Shown here: one piece after another, positions 45,728 to 56,033 of the stretch
How the letters are laid out: each line of letters opens with the position of its first letter
How positions within the stretch are numbered: the first letter of the stretch is position 1
DNA from: Elusimicrobiota bacterium
Lineage (GTDB): Bacteria; Elusimicrobiota; Elusimicrobia; Elusimicrobiales; UBA9959
DNA length: 64,000 nucleotides
Direction: 5' to 3'
Assembly (NCBI GenBank): GCA_027340875.1
Contig: DAIENX010000007.1
Span: forward strand, 1 to 64,000
Notes under the pieces: model-generated
What the model was told of the DNA's origin: nothing
Seen by the model: only the letters and a program-made list of their open reading frames with translations
Database searches by the model: none
Program-made: the position numbers and the translations under genes

Positions 45728-47263
45728 TCAGCGCTTCCCGGAGCCGGACGCAACGTATTCCGCGGCGAGCTTCGCCGCGCTGCCGCCGGATTGTATGGCC
45801 ATGGTCATCCCTGAACCGGGAGAAGTCCACTGTCCCGAGAGGAAAAGACCGCGCACGGGGGAGACCTGCGGCAATCTGTCGAACAGCGTCTGGCCGACCT
45901 TGTTCTCCCAGCCGTAGATCGCCCCCTCGTCCACCCCGGTCCGCGCCTCTATGGAGGCCGGGTCGAAGATCTCCATCTCGCGCACCTTGCTCCGAAGGCC
46001 CGGCAGCACGCTCTCGACCATGTCTATCAGGCGGTCCGCACGGGCCGCGCGGTTCTTCTTCCAGTAAGCCCGGCCGCGCCAGGGAGAGAGCGTGATGACC
46101 GCCAGCGAGCTGCAGCCGCGCGGCGCCTGCGAAGGATCCGCGAGGGAATGGAGGCAGAGGCCGAACGAGCTGATCTCCCCCTGCGTCGTCAGAGCGTAGT
46201 TCTCGTCGTGATCGAGGCCGCGGTAGAAGCTGGTGGCGTAGACCGGCGGCCTCTCGAGCCGCCCGATATCCAGCTCCGCGCCTATCAGCAAATGGAACGC
46301 GGACAGCGAGGTGCTCATCCCGCGCAGGCGCGAGAGGTAAGGCGCCGGCGCGACGCTCGCACCGAGCATGGCGCCGAAGGTAAGCCTGGCCGGGGCGTTG
46401 GAGATGACGCAGCGCGCGTCCACGCGGGTCCCGTCCTCGAGCTCCACCCCCTTCGCCGCGCCGGCGGCGGTAAGTATGCGCCGCACGGGCGCGCCGGTCC
46501 TCACCGTCCCGCCGCGCGCTGTTATGGAGCCGGCCAGCGCCTCGCTCAGGCTGCGCGAGCCGCCCCTGATATAGAAGGGCTTCTCCGCCGTGAAGGCGCC
46601 CAGCATGGCCACCATCATCATGGCGGGCACCCGGCCCGGCGGCACGCCCAGGTATACCCAGGGAGCGCCGAGTATGGCCACCAGCTCGGGGGACCGGAAA
46701 TGCTCGCGGCAGTAATCCCCGAAGGTCCGCTTGGCATAGCGCATCATGGCCGCCGAATTGACCATATTGCGCAGTTCGGCGGCCGGGCTGGAGCATTCCC
46801 TGAGGCGGTCCCTCCAGCCGCCGGACTTCAGCATGCGGTCCATCCGGTAGAGACTGCGGCCCTGCTCGAGCATTTTGCTTATCGCGCGGCGCTCGGCGGG
46901 GAAACGCCTGCAGAGGGCCGCCTCGAGCTCGCCGGCGTCGGCGGGGAACAGGAAGCGGAGCCCCGGGAACACCACCTCCATGAAAGCGGGCAGCTCGATG
47001 AACTCCACCTTCCGGTCCACCCCCATCTCCCGGAGCAGTCCCGCGCTCTGGGTACCCGTACTGCCGAGGCCGTAGACCTGGTGCAGCGCCCGCTCGAACG
47101 AGTAGCCGCCGCGCCTCACTACGCTGGCGTTGCCCCCCACCTCCTCGTTGCGCTCGGCCAGGAAGACCTTGTAGCCGCGGCTGGCCAGCAAGGCCCCCGC
47201 CGACAAGCCTCCGAGGCCGCCGCCTATCACCGCCGCGTCGAAATCAGTGCCGTTCTTTTTCAT
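45728..47263 (-). CDS. FAD-dependent oxidoreductase, phytoene desaturase/retinol saturase family
   Basis: IGGGLGGL, ERN..VGG, GAIYG, LFLSGQWTSPGSG. Confidence 0.88.
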   Translation of the reverse strand: MKKNGTDFDAAVIGGGLGGLSAGALLASRGYKVFLAERNEEVGGNASVVRRGGYSFERALHQVYGLGSTGTQSAGLLREMGVDRKVEFIELPAFMEVVFPGLRFLFPADAGELEAALCRRFPAERRAISKMLEQGRSLYRMDRMLKSGGWRDRLRECSSPAAELRNMVNSAAMMRYAKRTFGDYCREHFRSPELVAILGAPWVYLGVPPGRVPAMMMVAMLGAFTAEKPFYIRGGSRSLSEALAGSITARGGTVRTGAPVRRILTAAGAAKGVELEDGTRVDARCVISNAPARLTFGAMLGASVAPAPYLSRLRGMSTSLSAFHLLIGAELDIGRLERPPVYATSFYRGLDHDENYALTTQGEISSFGLCLHSLADPSQAPRGCSSLAVITLSPWRGRAYWKKNRAARADRLIDMVESVLPGLRSKVREMEIFDPASIEARTGVDEGAIYGWENKVGQTLFDRLPQVSPVRGLFLSGQWTSPGSGMTMAIQSGGSAAKLAAEYVASGSGKR

Positions 47264-47417
47264 AGTTTCACCCGGGGACCGGGTCTCCCGCGCATTCCGC
47301 CTATAATATCAAAAAGCGGAAGAGCTTTCGTCAGAAGACGCAGCTTCTGCCAAAATGAACGGTGGGCGGGATGCCAGGGGAGAACGGGGACGGGGGGAAG
47401 GGCGGTTTTCCGCGGTT

Positions 47418-47804
47418 TCAGAGCAGCACTACCAGCAGGGTCGCGCCGAACTTTTCCTTCAAAAAGGCCCGCGCCTCCTCCGCGATGTCCCTGAAATCCT
47501 CCAGGTCGGCGGGAGAGGCGGAGAGGAAAGAGGCCGGGTCCCGGACCGCCAGCACGTAACCCTTCGCCGGGACCTCGTTCGGGAGCGAACGCAGGCAGTC
47601 CAGCAGGGCGTCCCAGTTCCCGCCGAAATAGGCCGGGAACCTGAACGCCGACGAGACCGCGGCCAGCAGCCCGGCCTTGTCCCTGGCCGCAGATCCGTCT
47701 ATGAAGGCCGTAAAATAATCCGGAGGAGGGAACCTTTTCAGGACCTCCTCCTCCGAAGCGGACCCCTTGAGGTCCAGGAACAGCCCGCCGGCGCCCGGGG
47801 GCAT
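47418..47804 (-). CDS. Barstar-family RNase inhibitor
   Basis: FPAYFGGNWDALLDCL motif; follows the RNase gene. Confidence 0.88.
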   Translation of the reverse strand: MPPGAGGLFLDLKGSASEEEVLKRFPPPDYFTAFIDGSAARDKAGLLAAVSSAFRFPAYFGGNWDALLDCLRSLPNEVPAKGYVLAVRDPASFLSASPADLEDFRDIAEEARAFLKEKFGATLLVVLL

Positions 47805-47809
47805 GCGGC

Positions 47810-48370
47810 TCAGTAGACCACCGTCAGCAGGATAAAGTTCTTGTAGTGGTCGGGGGTGTAGTAGATCTTCTCGCCGCCGCCTATTATCACCCGCTCCGAG
47901 CCGCGGGCGCTGAGGTCGGGGGCCACCTGGTAGGTGGTGCCGCCTATGGTCACCGTGTGCGGCGCGTTGCCGGTCAGAAGCGTGTACTCGTGGTAGTAGC
48001 CCTTGGGCTGCTGCGGCAGGCGTCCTTCCTTGTTGGAGAAGATCGCGCCGTCCTGGGAATACGGGAGATGGTTCCCGTTGTAGATGTCGGAGATCAGCTT
48101 CATCAGCGCCTTGATGCGGGCGCCGTCCTGGATGGCGGGGCTGAAGTCGCGGCCGGGAGCGGGCGCGCCGGCCGAGGCGCGCGTTTCCGCAGCGGGAGCG
48201 GCCATCGGAACGATAATCTCATTCGGGGAGGGGATCGCGTCCAGGCCCTGCAGCACCACCGCGCCGGACAGGTCGCCCAGCGCTGTCGCGCCTGGGCGCT
48301 CGGCGAAGACCCGTGGCGAAACCGCGAGCAGGGAAAGTATTACGGCGGTCTGAAACCATCTTTTAAGCAT
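47810..48370 (-). CDS. Secreted guanyl-specific ribonuclease (RNase Sa/barnase family)
   Basis: Signal peptide, DGAIFSNKEGRLP, YYHEYT, RGSERVIIG, YYTPDHY. Confidence 0.88.
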   Translation of the reverse strand: MLKRWFQTAVILSLLAVSPRVFAERPGATALGDLSGAVVLQGLDAIPSPNEIIVPMAAPAAETRASAGAPAPGRDFSPAIQDGARIKALMKLISDIYNGNHLPYSQDGAIFSNKEGRLPQQPKGYYHEYTLLTGNAPHTVTIGGTTYQVAPDLSARGSERVIIGGGEKIYYTPDHYKNFILLTVVY

Positions 48371-48455
48371 GTTCTTTTTCCTTGTGTTGTAATGGCGCCG
48401 ATCGCGCTCGCGTTCCGGCATTACCGCAGTTATATTTTAGTATATAACGTTTTTC

Positions 48456-48500
48456 TGCCTAGGGCCCTAGGACCCAGACCCGCCTAGGCCCAAAGACCCA
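48456..48500 (-). promoter_or_regulatory. Imperfect direct repeat (TGGGTCYTWGGGCC..TAGGC x2) upstream of the RNase gene
   Basis: GGNCC-rich direct repeat ahead of an AT-rich promoter-like stretch. Confidence 0.45.
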
Positions 48501-48557
48501 GAGAACCAAAAGAAAGGCCGGGGCGGGCCCGGCCTTCCCTTGACCGGCTGGAGCCGG

Positions 48558-49862
48558 TTACAGCAGCTCGGCCACGAGCGCCGCCAGCGAGCTGCGCTCG
48601 GTCTTCGTGAACGTCAGGTGGCCGTACATTTTCTGGCCCTTCATGCGGTCCACGATATAGGTCAGGCCGTTGGACGCTATGTCCAGGTACGGATTGTCTA
48701 TCTGGTACGGATCGCCTGTCACCACGACCTTGGTGCCCTCCCCGGCGCGCGAAAGTATCGTCTTGATCTCGTGCGGCGTCAGGTTCTGCGCGTCGTCCAC
48801 TATCATGTACTGCTTCGGCAGCGAGCGGCCGCGGATATGCGTGACGGAGGCTATCTCTATCTTCTCGTTCTGCAGCAGGTATTCGAACTTCTCCAGCGCG
48901 CTCTCCTGGTGGCGCTTGTCCATCACGAACTCGAGGTTGTCGTAGATAGCCCCCATCCACGTAGAGAGCTTCTCCTCCTTGGTGCCGGGGATGAAGCCGA
49001 TGTCCTTTCCGACCGGGACTATCGGACGGCAGATGATCAGCTTGCGGTAGACGTTCTCTTCCACCGACTTCTGCAAACCGCAGACCAGCGTGCAGAGGGT
49101 CTTGCCCGTGCCGGCGGAACCGAGCAACGTGACCAGCTTGACCGAGTCGTCGAGCAGCAGCTCCATCGCGCAGCGCTGCTCCTTGTTGAGCGGGCGGATG
49201 CCCCACGGCGAGGGCTCCGGGTTCAGCGCCCGGATCTTCGACGGGTCGGCCGGGTCCACGCGGCCGAGCGCCGACTTCTTCTGGTCGTCCTTGGCGTGGA
49301 TCACGACGAATTCATTGGGGGACAGCTCGCTGTCCTTCGGGCTGTCGATCACGTGGTCCTTGTAGAACTTGTCCACCGACGGCGCGGGGACCTGCAGCGT
49401 GACCAGCCCTGGGTAAAGCTCGTCCACCTTCACCTTGCCGGACTCGTAGTCCTGCGACACCAGCCCGACGGCCTCGGCCTTCAGGCGCAGGTTGATGTCC
49501 TTGGTCACCAGTATCGCGGTGTGCTTCTTCTGGCCGTACCAGTAGGCGGTGTTCAGGATGCGGTTGTCCATCTCCGTCAGCTTGAACTCCTTGGGCAGCA
49601 CCTGAACGTGGTCCAGGTCCACCACCAGCGTGCCGCCGTTCTCCATCTTGACGCCGGCGTTCAGCTTGCCTTTCAGGCGGTATTCGTCGAGCTTGCGCGA
49701 GACTATGCGCGCGCTCTTGCCGCGCTCGTCGGCCGCGTGTTTGAAGGTGTCCAGTTCCTCTATGACGGAGATCGGTATGACCACCGTATTATCCTCGAAT
49801 TTGGTGAACGACAGCGGGTCGTGGATAAGCACGTTCGTGTCGAGGATGAATACTTTTTTCAT
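48558..49862 (-). CDS. PIN-PhoH (PhoH2-like) protein
   Basis: ILDTNVLIHDP PIN domain, GSAGTGKT, IRGRSL, AQNLTPHE, TGDPYQID; GGAGG RBS. Confidence 0.92.
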   Translation of the reverse strand: MKKVFILDTNVLIHDPLSFTKFEDNTVVIPISVIEELDTFKHAADERGKSARIVSRKLDEYRLKGKLNAGVKMENGGTLVVDLDHVQVLPKEFKLTEMDNRILNTAYWYGQKKHTAILVTKDINLRLKAEAVGLVSQDYESGKVKVDELYPGLVTLQVPAPSVDKFYKDHVIDSPKDSELSPNEFVVIHAKDDQKKSALGRVDPADPSKIRALNPEPSPWGIRPLNKEQRCAMELLLDDSVKLVTLLGSAGTGKTLCTLVCGLQKSVEENVYRKLIICRPIVPVGKDIGFIPGTKEEKLSTWMGAIYDNLEFVMDKRHQESALEKFEYLLQNEKIEIASVTHIRGRSLPKQYMIVDDAQNLTPHEIKTILSRAGEGTKVVVTGDPYQIDNPYLDIASNGLTYIVDRMKGQKMYGHLTFTKTERSSLAALVAELL

Positions 49863-50096
49863 TGGTTCCTCCGTTTCCGGTCCGGCCGGCGGAAGCCGGG
49901 GCTCAAGCCCCGGAAGACCGCAACTTTTCCGCCCCCCGGTCCGTAATTGTGATAGCAGGATATCGGGCCCCGCTAATTCTAGCATAAATCCCGCGAAAGC
50001 GGTTTTATGAGCGGGCGCTAAAATAGTAAGATATCGATATCCACCGCCACCGCCCTACGGGGCGGCGGCGTCGTTCATCTGGCAACAAGGACAAAG

Positions 50097-52538
50097 ATGC
50101 GAATTTCCACCGTTCTACTACTGCTCTCCGCCCTGCCGGCCGCCATGGCCGGCGCCCAATCCACACCCGCCGCCACCGGCGACCTTCCCGGCATGCAGCA
50201 GCAGGCGCCGGCCGCGCCGCGCGTAGTGCTGCCTGCCGAGCACCTGGTCATAGAGGTCCCGAAAGCGGACGCGGACGACCTGGGCGAAGGGCCGTGGGCC
50301 GTGGCCGAAACGGCCGTAAAGGGCAACGTCAATCTTAAGCCCAAGACCGTCATCAAGGCCGGCAAGGCCAGAAAGGGGCGGGTCTACATGAAGGACTTCG
50401 TGCAGGACGACATCGAGGCCATCCTGGCGCTGGGCAGCGTGGACAAGGTCTCCGTGGACATAGCCAGGATGCCTGGCGCGGAGATACCGGAGAAGCTCTC
50501 CCGGGCCGCCGGCGTGACCGAGGCCGTCCGCGTCACTTATATCATCACAGAGAAGCCCCTGATCCGCAGCCTCGACGTCAGCGGCAACAAGGACCTCTCG
50601 AAGGGCCGCGTCAAGGACGAGATGACGCTGAAGAAGAAGGACTATTTCGACGAGCTGAAGGTGCGCGAGGACCTTATCAAGATCGCCGACATGTACCGCG
50701 AGAAGGGTTACATCGACATCCAGACCGACTACGACGTGAAGTTCGATTCCTCCTCCTCCGCCTGCGATCTTACCATCAAGGTGAAGGAAGGCAACAAGGC
50801 CCGCGTGGCGGCCGTGGAGATAACCGGCGCCGAGGGCTTCCCGCTGAAGAAGCTCGTCAAGAAGTTCAAGAACCGCCCGAAGAAGGTCTACGCCCCGCAG
50901 GAGCTGTCCGCCGACGTGGAGAAGCTCAAGGACTTCTACAAGAACAACGGCTACGCCGATTTCTCGGTGGACAGGACCTCCACCTCGTTCAACGAGAACC
51001 GCTCCAGCGCGACCATACACATAACCGTCACGGAAGGAAAGAAGATAAAGTTCGGAGGCACCTATTTCTCCGGCAACTCCGTCTACCTGCCGAGCGACCT
51101 GACGCCGCTGGTAGAGTACCGGCGGGGCAAGTATTTCAGCCAGGAGAAGCTGGACGACACCGTGCGCGCGTTGCAGGACAAGTACGCCGACAAGGGCTAC
51201 CTGAAGGCCGTGATCGTCCCGCAGCGCAACTTCGTCGAGTCCACCGGGGAGACCGACATAACGTTCCTGATCACCGAGAACTCCCAGATCTACGTCGCCC
51301 ACATCGACGTGGAAGGCAACAAGGCCACGAAGACCCACGTGCTGCGCCGCGAGATCACGCAGAAGGAGGGCGAGGTGTTCAGCTCCTCCAAGATCCGCCG
51401 CAGCCAGGAGAAGATCTTCAACCTCGGTTTCATAGACGACGTGGCCCCGGTCATCAACCCTACGCCCGACCCGGACAAGGTGGACCTCGTCTTCGACGTC
51501 ACGGAGGGCAAGCCCGGCATGCTGACCGCGGGCGCCGGCATCTCGTCCACCGACGGCCTGGTCGGCACGCTGTCGATGTCGCACATGAACATGTTCGGCA
51601 GGGCCCAGCGGATGTCCCTCTCCTGGAACTTCGGCAAGCGCGTGCAGGACTACTATCTGAGCTGGATGACCCCGTGGGTCGGGGACCACCCCACGTCGCT
51701 CGGCGTGGACGTGTTCAATACGCGCCATTACAAGCCCTACCGCGACACCATCTCCGCCTACACGGAGCGCCGCACCGGCGGCAAGATCACCCTGGGCCCG
51801 CGCTTCCAGGAGGACAAATACCAGCTGCGGACCTCGTACACCTACGAGAAGGTGCGGATAACCGGCGTGGACCAGATCTATCAGGGAGAGCTGCAGGAGG
51901 GCACCAGCGTCACTTCCTCTGTGTACGTGGAGCTGACGCGCGACACCCGCGACAACGTCTGGGACCCGACCCGCGGCACCAAAACCTCCCTGGGCTTCGA
52001 TTACGCCGGCGGCCCGCTGCAGGGCGACGTGAACTACTACAAACCCACGCTCTCCTACAGCTACAACCTGAAGCTCTTCTCGATAGACGACTACCCGTTC
52101 GTGATGTCTTTCGCCAACCGCTTCGGCTTCGTCGGCCGCTTCGGGAGCACTAAGAAGGTCCCCGTATACGAGCGCTACTTCCTCGGCGGCGCGGAGACCG
52201 TGCGCGGCTATTCCAACAACGGCCAGATAGGCCCGCTGAACGGCGGCCGCGTCTACGACGTGGCTAACCTCGAGTTCAAGATCCCGCTGGCGCGGGAGAA
52301 GCACAGGACGATAGTGCAGTGGGGCTTCTTCCTGGACGCCGGCAACTCGTGGGACGGCTTCGACAGGATCAGCACCCGCTTCGGCACCGGGACCACGAAC
52401 ATGAAGGCGGGCGCCGGGTTCGGCATACGTTTCACGACCCCGGCCTTCCCGATACGGCTGGATTGGGGCTACGGCTTCAACCACAAGGCCGGCGAACAGC
52501 GCTCCGACATCTACTTCACGCTGGGCAACCTGTTCTAG
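50097..52538 (+). CDS. bamA: Outer membrane protein assembly factor BamA
   Basis: POTRA repeats, LGGAETVRGY, PIRLDWGY, C-terminal F. Confidence 0.95.
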   Translation: MRISTVLLLLSALPAAMAGAQSTPAATGDLPGMQQQAPAAPRVVLPAEHLVIEVPKADADDLGEGPWAVAETAVKGNVNLKPKTVIKAGKARKGRVYMKDFVQDDIEAILALGSVDKVSVDIARMPGAEIPEKLSRAAGVTEAVRVTYIITEKPLIRSLDVSGNKDLSKGRVKDEMTLKKKDYFDELKVREDLIKIADMYREKGYIDIQTDYDVKFDSSSSACDLTIKVKEGNKARVAAVEITGAEGFPLKKLVKKFKNRPKKVYAPQELSADVEKLKDFYKNNGYADFSVDRTSTSFNENRSSATIHITVTEGKKIKFGGTYFSGNSVYLPSDLTPLVEYRRGKYFSQEKLDDTVRALQDKYADKGYLKAVIVPQRNFVESTGETDITFLITENSQIYVAHIDVEGNKATKTHVLRREITQKEGEVFSSSKIRRSQEKIFNLGFIDDVAPVINPTPDPDKVDLVFDVTEGKPGMLTAGAGISSTDGLVGTLSMSHMNMFGRAQRMSLSWNFGKRVQDYYLSWMTPWVGDHPTSLGVDVFNTRHYKPYRDTISAYTERRTGGKITLGPRFQEDKYQLRTSYTYEKVRITGVDQIYQGELQEGTSVTSSVYVELTRDTRDNVWDPTRGTKTSLGFDYAGGPLQGDVNYYKPTLSYSYNLKLFSIDDYPFVMSFANRFGFVGRFGSTKKVPVYERYFLGGAETVRGYSNNGQIGPLNGGRVYDVANLEFKIPLAREKHRTIVQWGFFLDAGNSWDGFDRISTRFGTGTTNMKAGAGFGIRFTTPAFPIRLDWGYGFNHKAGEQRSDIYFTLGNLF

Positions 52539-52589
52539 AAGGCGGGAGACGAGAGTACTGGAGGATCGGCCGGGACAGCCCCGGCCCCT

Positions 52590-53402
52590 ATGGCTATGAA
52601 AGAACTCCTTTTTGCCGCGCTGCTGGCGCTGCCGGCGGCTAAAGCCAACGCGCTCGAATTGCTGCTCGAGGAGAACCGCGGCGAATCCGGCACGATAGGC
52701 TACGTGGACATCGACCGCGTCTTCAAGGAATATTCCGGCACCACCGGCGCGCGCGAGGACTTCCTGGCCGAGATAAAGAAGAAGGAGGACTCCCTCAACG
52801 CCAGGAAGACCGAGATCTTCACGCTGAAGGCCGAGATCGCCAAGTTGCGACAGGAAAGGGAGTTCGCTCTTACGCTGCCGTCCCTGATGGAGACCAGGCG
52901 CAGCGTGGCCGAGGCCGCCGCGCAGGCCGCGCAGGCCGTCTCCACCGAGACCGTCTCCCTCTCCACTTCCTCGCCCGAGGCGTCCACCTCCGCCGTCCAG
53001 GGCGCCGCCGCGCCCGTGCCCTCTACCGCCGTACCGGCGGGGCTGCCGGGCATGACGGGCATAGATATGCCCGGGGTGGCCCGCGTCCCCGTCTCCCACT
53101 TCAAGTTCTCGGTCTCCACCTCCGTCCCGGAGATAGACGCCGCCATAACCGGCAAAGAGACCGACCTGTCACGCAAGGAGGAGTCGCTGCGCCAGGCCCA
53201 GAAACAGGCCGAGCGCGAGCTGCTCGACTACGAGAGCCGCAAGAGCGAGCTGCTGCTGGGGCGCATCTACGTGGCCCTCAAGGAGCTGGCGACAAAGGAG
53301 GAGGTCAGCGTGGTGGTGGACAAGCGCAACATCCTCTACGGCCAGCACGCGGTGGACCTGACCGACAAGCTTATGAAGAAGCTGGAGGAGGGCGGCCTAT
53401 GA
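52590..53402 (+). CDS. skp: Skp/OmpH-family chaperone with low-complexity insertion
   Basis: [23 protein letters not shown]; located between bamA and lpxD. Confidence 0.8.
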   Translation: MAMKELLFAALLALPAAKANALELLLEENRGESGTIGYVDIDRVFKEYSGTTGAREDFLAEIKKKEDSLNARKTEIFTLKAEIAKLRQEREFALTLPSLMETRRSVAEAAAQAAQAVSTETVSLSTSSPEASTSAVQGAAAPVPSTAVPAGLPGMTGIDMPGVARVPVSHFKFSVSTSVPEIDAAITGKETDLSRKEESLRQAQKQAERELLDYESRKSELLLGRIYVALKELATKEEVSVVVDKRNILYGQHAVDLTDKLMKKLEEGGL

Positions 53403-54427
53403 GCCTCGCCGCCTCCGAAGTGGAGAAGCTGGCGCAGGGCAAGCTACGCGGCGACCCCGGCCTGATGCTGCGAGGCGCCGCCCCGCTGGAGAAGGCCGGC
53501 CCCTCGGACCTCGCCTTCCTCGCGGACCCGGCCCTCGCCGCGGCCGCCGCGGCCTCGAAGGCCGGCTGCCTGCTGGCCCCCGACGGCAGCGAAGCGGCCC
53601 TCTCCGAGTTCAAGGGCGCGGTGGTCTTCACGAAGAACCCGAAGTACGCCTTCATGCTGGCCCTGCGCCGCTTCGAGGCCGACCTGAGGCCGCTCCCGGA
53701 CCGCGGCAGGCACCCGACGGCCGTCATCTATCCCACGGCGAAGATCGGGGCCGACTCGCACGTCGGTCCCGGCGCCGTCGTCGAAGAGGGCGCCTACATA
53801 GCCCCCGGCGCCTCGATAGGCGCGCAGTGCTATATCGGCCGCAACGCTAAGGTGGGCATGGGCACGAGGCTTTACCCCGGCGTTAAAATGATGGATTCCT
53901 GCGAGATAGGCTCCGGCTGCATAATACACGCCGGCACGGTCATAGGTTCCGACGGTTACGGTTACGTTTCCCCCCGCGGCAAACACGAGAAGATCCCGCA
54001 GATAGGAAAGGTCGTCATAGAGGACGACGTAGAGATAGGCGCCAACTGCGCGGTAGACCGCGCCGCGCTGGAGGTCACGCTGATAGGCGCGGGCACGAAG
54101 ATAGACAACTTGGTGCACATAGCTCACAACGTGAGGATCGGCAGGAACTGCCTGATCATGGCGCAGGCCGCGATAGCCGGCTCCACCGAGGTAGGCGACA
54201 ACGCGATAATCGGCGGCCAGGCCGGCATCTCGGACCACGTGAAGATCGGGGAGAACTCCGCGGTGATGGCCAGGACCGGCATCATGAGCGACCTCTCCCC
54301 GGGACAGGTGGTGTTCGGCCATATCGGCCGGCCGCGCATCCAGGCCATGAAGATAGAGGCCCTGCTCTCCAAGCTGCCGGAGATGCACCGCACGCTCTCG
54401 AAGATAAAGAAGCGCCTCGGGATCTAG
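53399..54427 (+). CDS. lpxD: UDP-3-O-acylglucosamine N-acyltransferase
   Basis: Hexapeptide repeats, [28 protein letters not shown]. Confidence 0.95.
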   Translation: MSLAASEVEKLAQGKLRGDPGLMLRGAAPLEKAGPSDLAFLADPALAAAAAASKAGCLLAPDGSEAALSEFKGAVVFTKNPKYAFMLALRRFEADLRPLPDRGRHPTAVIYPTAKIGADSHVGPGAVVEEGAYIAPGASIGAQCYIGRNAKVGMGTRLYPGVKMMDSCEIGSGCIIHAGTVIGSDGYGYVSPRGKHEKIPQIGKVVIEDDVEIGANCAVDRAALEVTLIGAGTKIDNLVHIAHNVRIGRNCLIMAQAAIAGSTEVGDNAIIGGQAGISDHVKIGENSAVMARTGIMSDLSPGQVVFGHIGRPRIQAMKIEALLSKLPEMHRTLSKIKKRLGI

Positions 54428-54538
54428 ACGGGCTGAGCCTGGCGAGGGTATGCCTTCTCCGGGTACGCGCGGCCACACCGTGGCCGTGCTCTTTCACTCG
54501 GGCTCGGCGCTGCGCAAGCCTCGCCCTCGCGAGGCCCC

Positions 54539-54703
54539 TGTCGCCGAAATAGTTGGAGGGGTGACGACCGGGCCGTTTTTCCGGGCCGGCCGCGTAAGGT
54601 GAACGGCAGGCACGCATCTCGCCAGCCTAGCAGGGGATGGGTGGAGCGGACGGGACGGGAAAGCGGACCGGGCGGCAGGACCCCGAACCTGCATTCGGCG
54701 ACA
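54539..54703 (+). ncRNA. Candidate rod-like structured RNA (6S-like) or repeat element
   Basis: Terminal 10-bp inverted repeat TGTCGCCGAA/TTCGGCGACA with nested complementary segments. Confidence 0.35.
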
Positions 54704-54716
54704 CAATTCAAAACGC

Positions 54717-55550
54717 ATGAGAACTACAACCAAAGAGACGGCTACGATAGACGGGATCGGCCTCCATAAAGGCAAACCATCCAGGGTCACCTTCAGACCC
54801 GCGGAAGGCCCGACCGGGTACAGGTTCCTGCACCCGGCCTTCTCCGCCCCGCTGCCCGCCAGGCTGGACCGCATGGCAGGCACCGCTCGCGGCACCAACA
54901 TCACCGACGGCAGGACCACCATCTACACCGTGGAACACCTGCTCTCCGCGGCCGCCGGCCTCGGCATAGACGACCTGGACATAGAGCTCTCCGGAGAGGA
55001 GCCGCCCGCGGCCGACGGCTCGGCCCTGCCATTCGCGCTGGCGCTGAAGGGCGCGGGCATGGTTCCAAAACCGGCGCAGGAGCGCAGGACGATTTCGCTC
55101 TCCGTCCCGGTCCGCTTCGAGAACGCCGGCACGCGCATCTCCGCCGAGCCGCGTCCCGGCGGCGTCTCTTTCAGGTTAGTCTACGACTACCCGCACAAGC
55201 TGGTGGGACGGCAGGCGGTGGAATTCTCGCTTTCTCCGGAGGCTTATCTGAAAGAAGTCGCGCCGGCCCGCACCTTCGGCTTCTCGCACGAACTCGAGGC
55301 CCTGAAGAAGGCCGGCCTCGCGCTGGGAGGCTCGCTGGACAACGCGGTGGTGATAGCGGAGGAGGAGGTGCTGGCCAAGGACGGCCTGCGCTTCGCTGAC
55401 GAGTTCGCCCGCCACAAACTGCTGGACCTGATAGGGGACCTGGCGCTGGCCGGTCTGCCGCTGGCCGGCGTCCATATAGAGGCCGAGCGCCCCGGCCACG
55501 CCGCCAACGTCAATTTTGCTAAACTATTGTCGGAGAAGGCCAACCTATGA
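54717..55550 (+). CDS. lpxC: UDP-3-O-acyl-GlcNAc deacetylase
   Basis: GIGLHKG, TVEHLLSA, DGSA, ARTFGF, HKLLDLIGD. Confidence 0.95.
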   Translation: MRTTTKETATIDGIGLHKGKPSRVTFRPAEGPTGYRFLHPAFSAPLPARLDRMAGTARGTNITDGRTTIYTVEHLLSAAAGLGIDDLDIELSGEEPPAADGSALPFALALKGAGMVPKPAQERRTISLSVPVRFENAGTRISAEPRPGGVSFRLVYDYPHKLVGRQAVEFSLSPEAYLKEVAPARTFGFSHELEALKKAGLALGGSLDNAVVIAEEEVLAKDGLRFADEFARHKLLDLIGDLALAGLPLAGVHIEAERPGHAANVNFAKLLSEKANL

Positions 55551-56008
55551 CCGAAACCAAAGCCCCGGCGTACAAGCCCGTGCGCGTCATCCCCTGCGAA
55601 GACATACTGAAGATCATCCCCCACCGCTACCCGTTCATGATGGTGGACCGCGTTGAAGTGGTGGAGGAGGGAAAGTACTGCGTGGGCGTGAAATGCGTCA
55701 GCGCCAACGAACTCTACTTCCACGGCCACTTCCCGGAGAAGCCGATAATGCCAGGCGTGCTGATGCTCGAAGGCATGGCGCAGACCGCGGCCGCGATGAT
55801 GATGGACCTGCCCGAGACCAAGGGCCGCCTGGGCTTCTTCGCCGGCATCAACAAGGCCAAGTTCCGCCGTCAGGTGGTGCCCGGCGACGTGCTTAAGATG
55901 CACGTTGAGATAGTGAAATTCAAGAGCAGGATAGGCAAGGTCAGGGGCTCGGCCTGGGTAGGCGACGAGCCGGCCGCCGGGGCCGAACTGACCTTCGCGA
56001 TAGGCTGA
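55547..56008 (+). CDS. fabZ: 3-hydroxyacyl-ACP dehydratase
   Basis: PHRYPFMMVD, GHFP..PIMPGVL..EGMAQ. Confidence 0.95.
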   Translation: MTETKAPAYKPVRVIPCEDILKIIPHRYPFMMVDRVEVVEEGKYCVGVKCVSANELYFHGHFPEKPIMPGVLMLEGMAQTAAAMMMDLPETKGRLGFFAGINKAKFRRQVVPGDVLKMHVEIVKFKSRIGKVRGSAWVGDEPAAGAELTFAIG

Positions 56009-56033
56009 CCCTTAAGACTTCACAGGAGAGAAC

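Noticed and set aside
45728..47263. crtI carotenoid pathway gene
   Set aside because: No crtB/crtE nearby and the family is functionally broad
50118..53099. 993-aa antisense ORF, and similar long shadow ORFs such as 31075-32895, 42207-43847 and 62560-63960
   Set aside because: Antisense to well-supported genes; typical high-GC codon artefacts with no motifs
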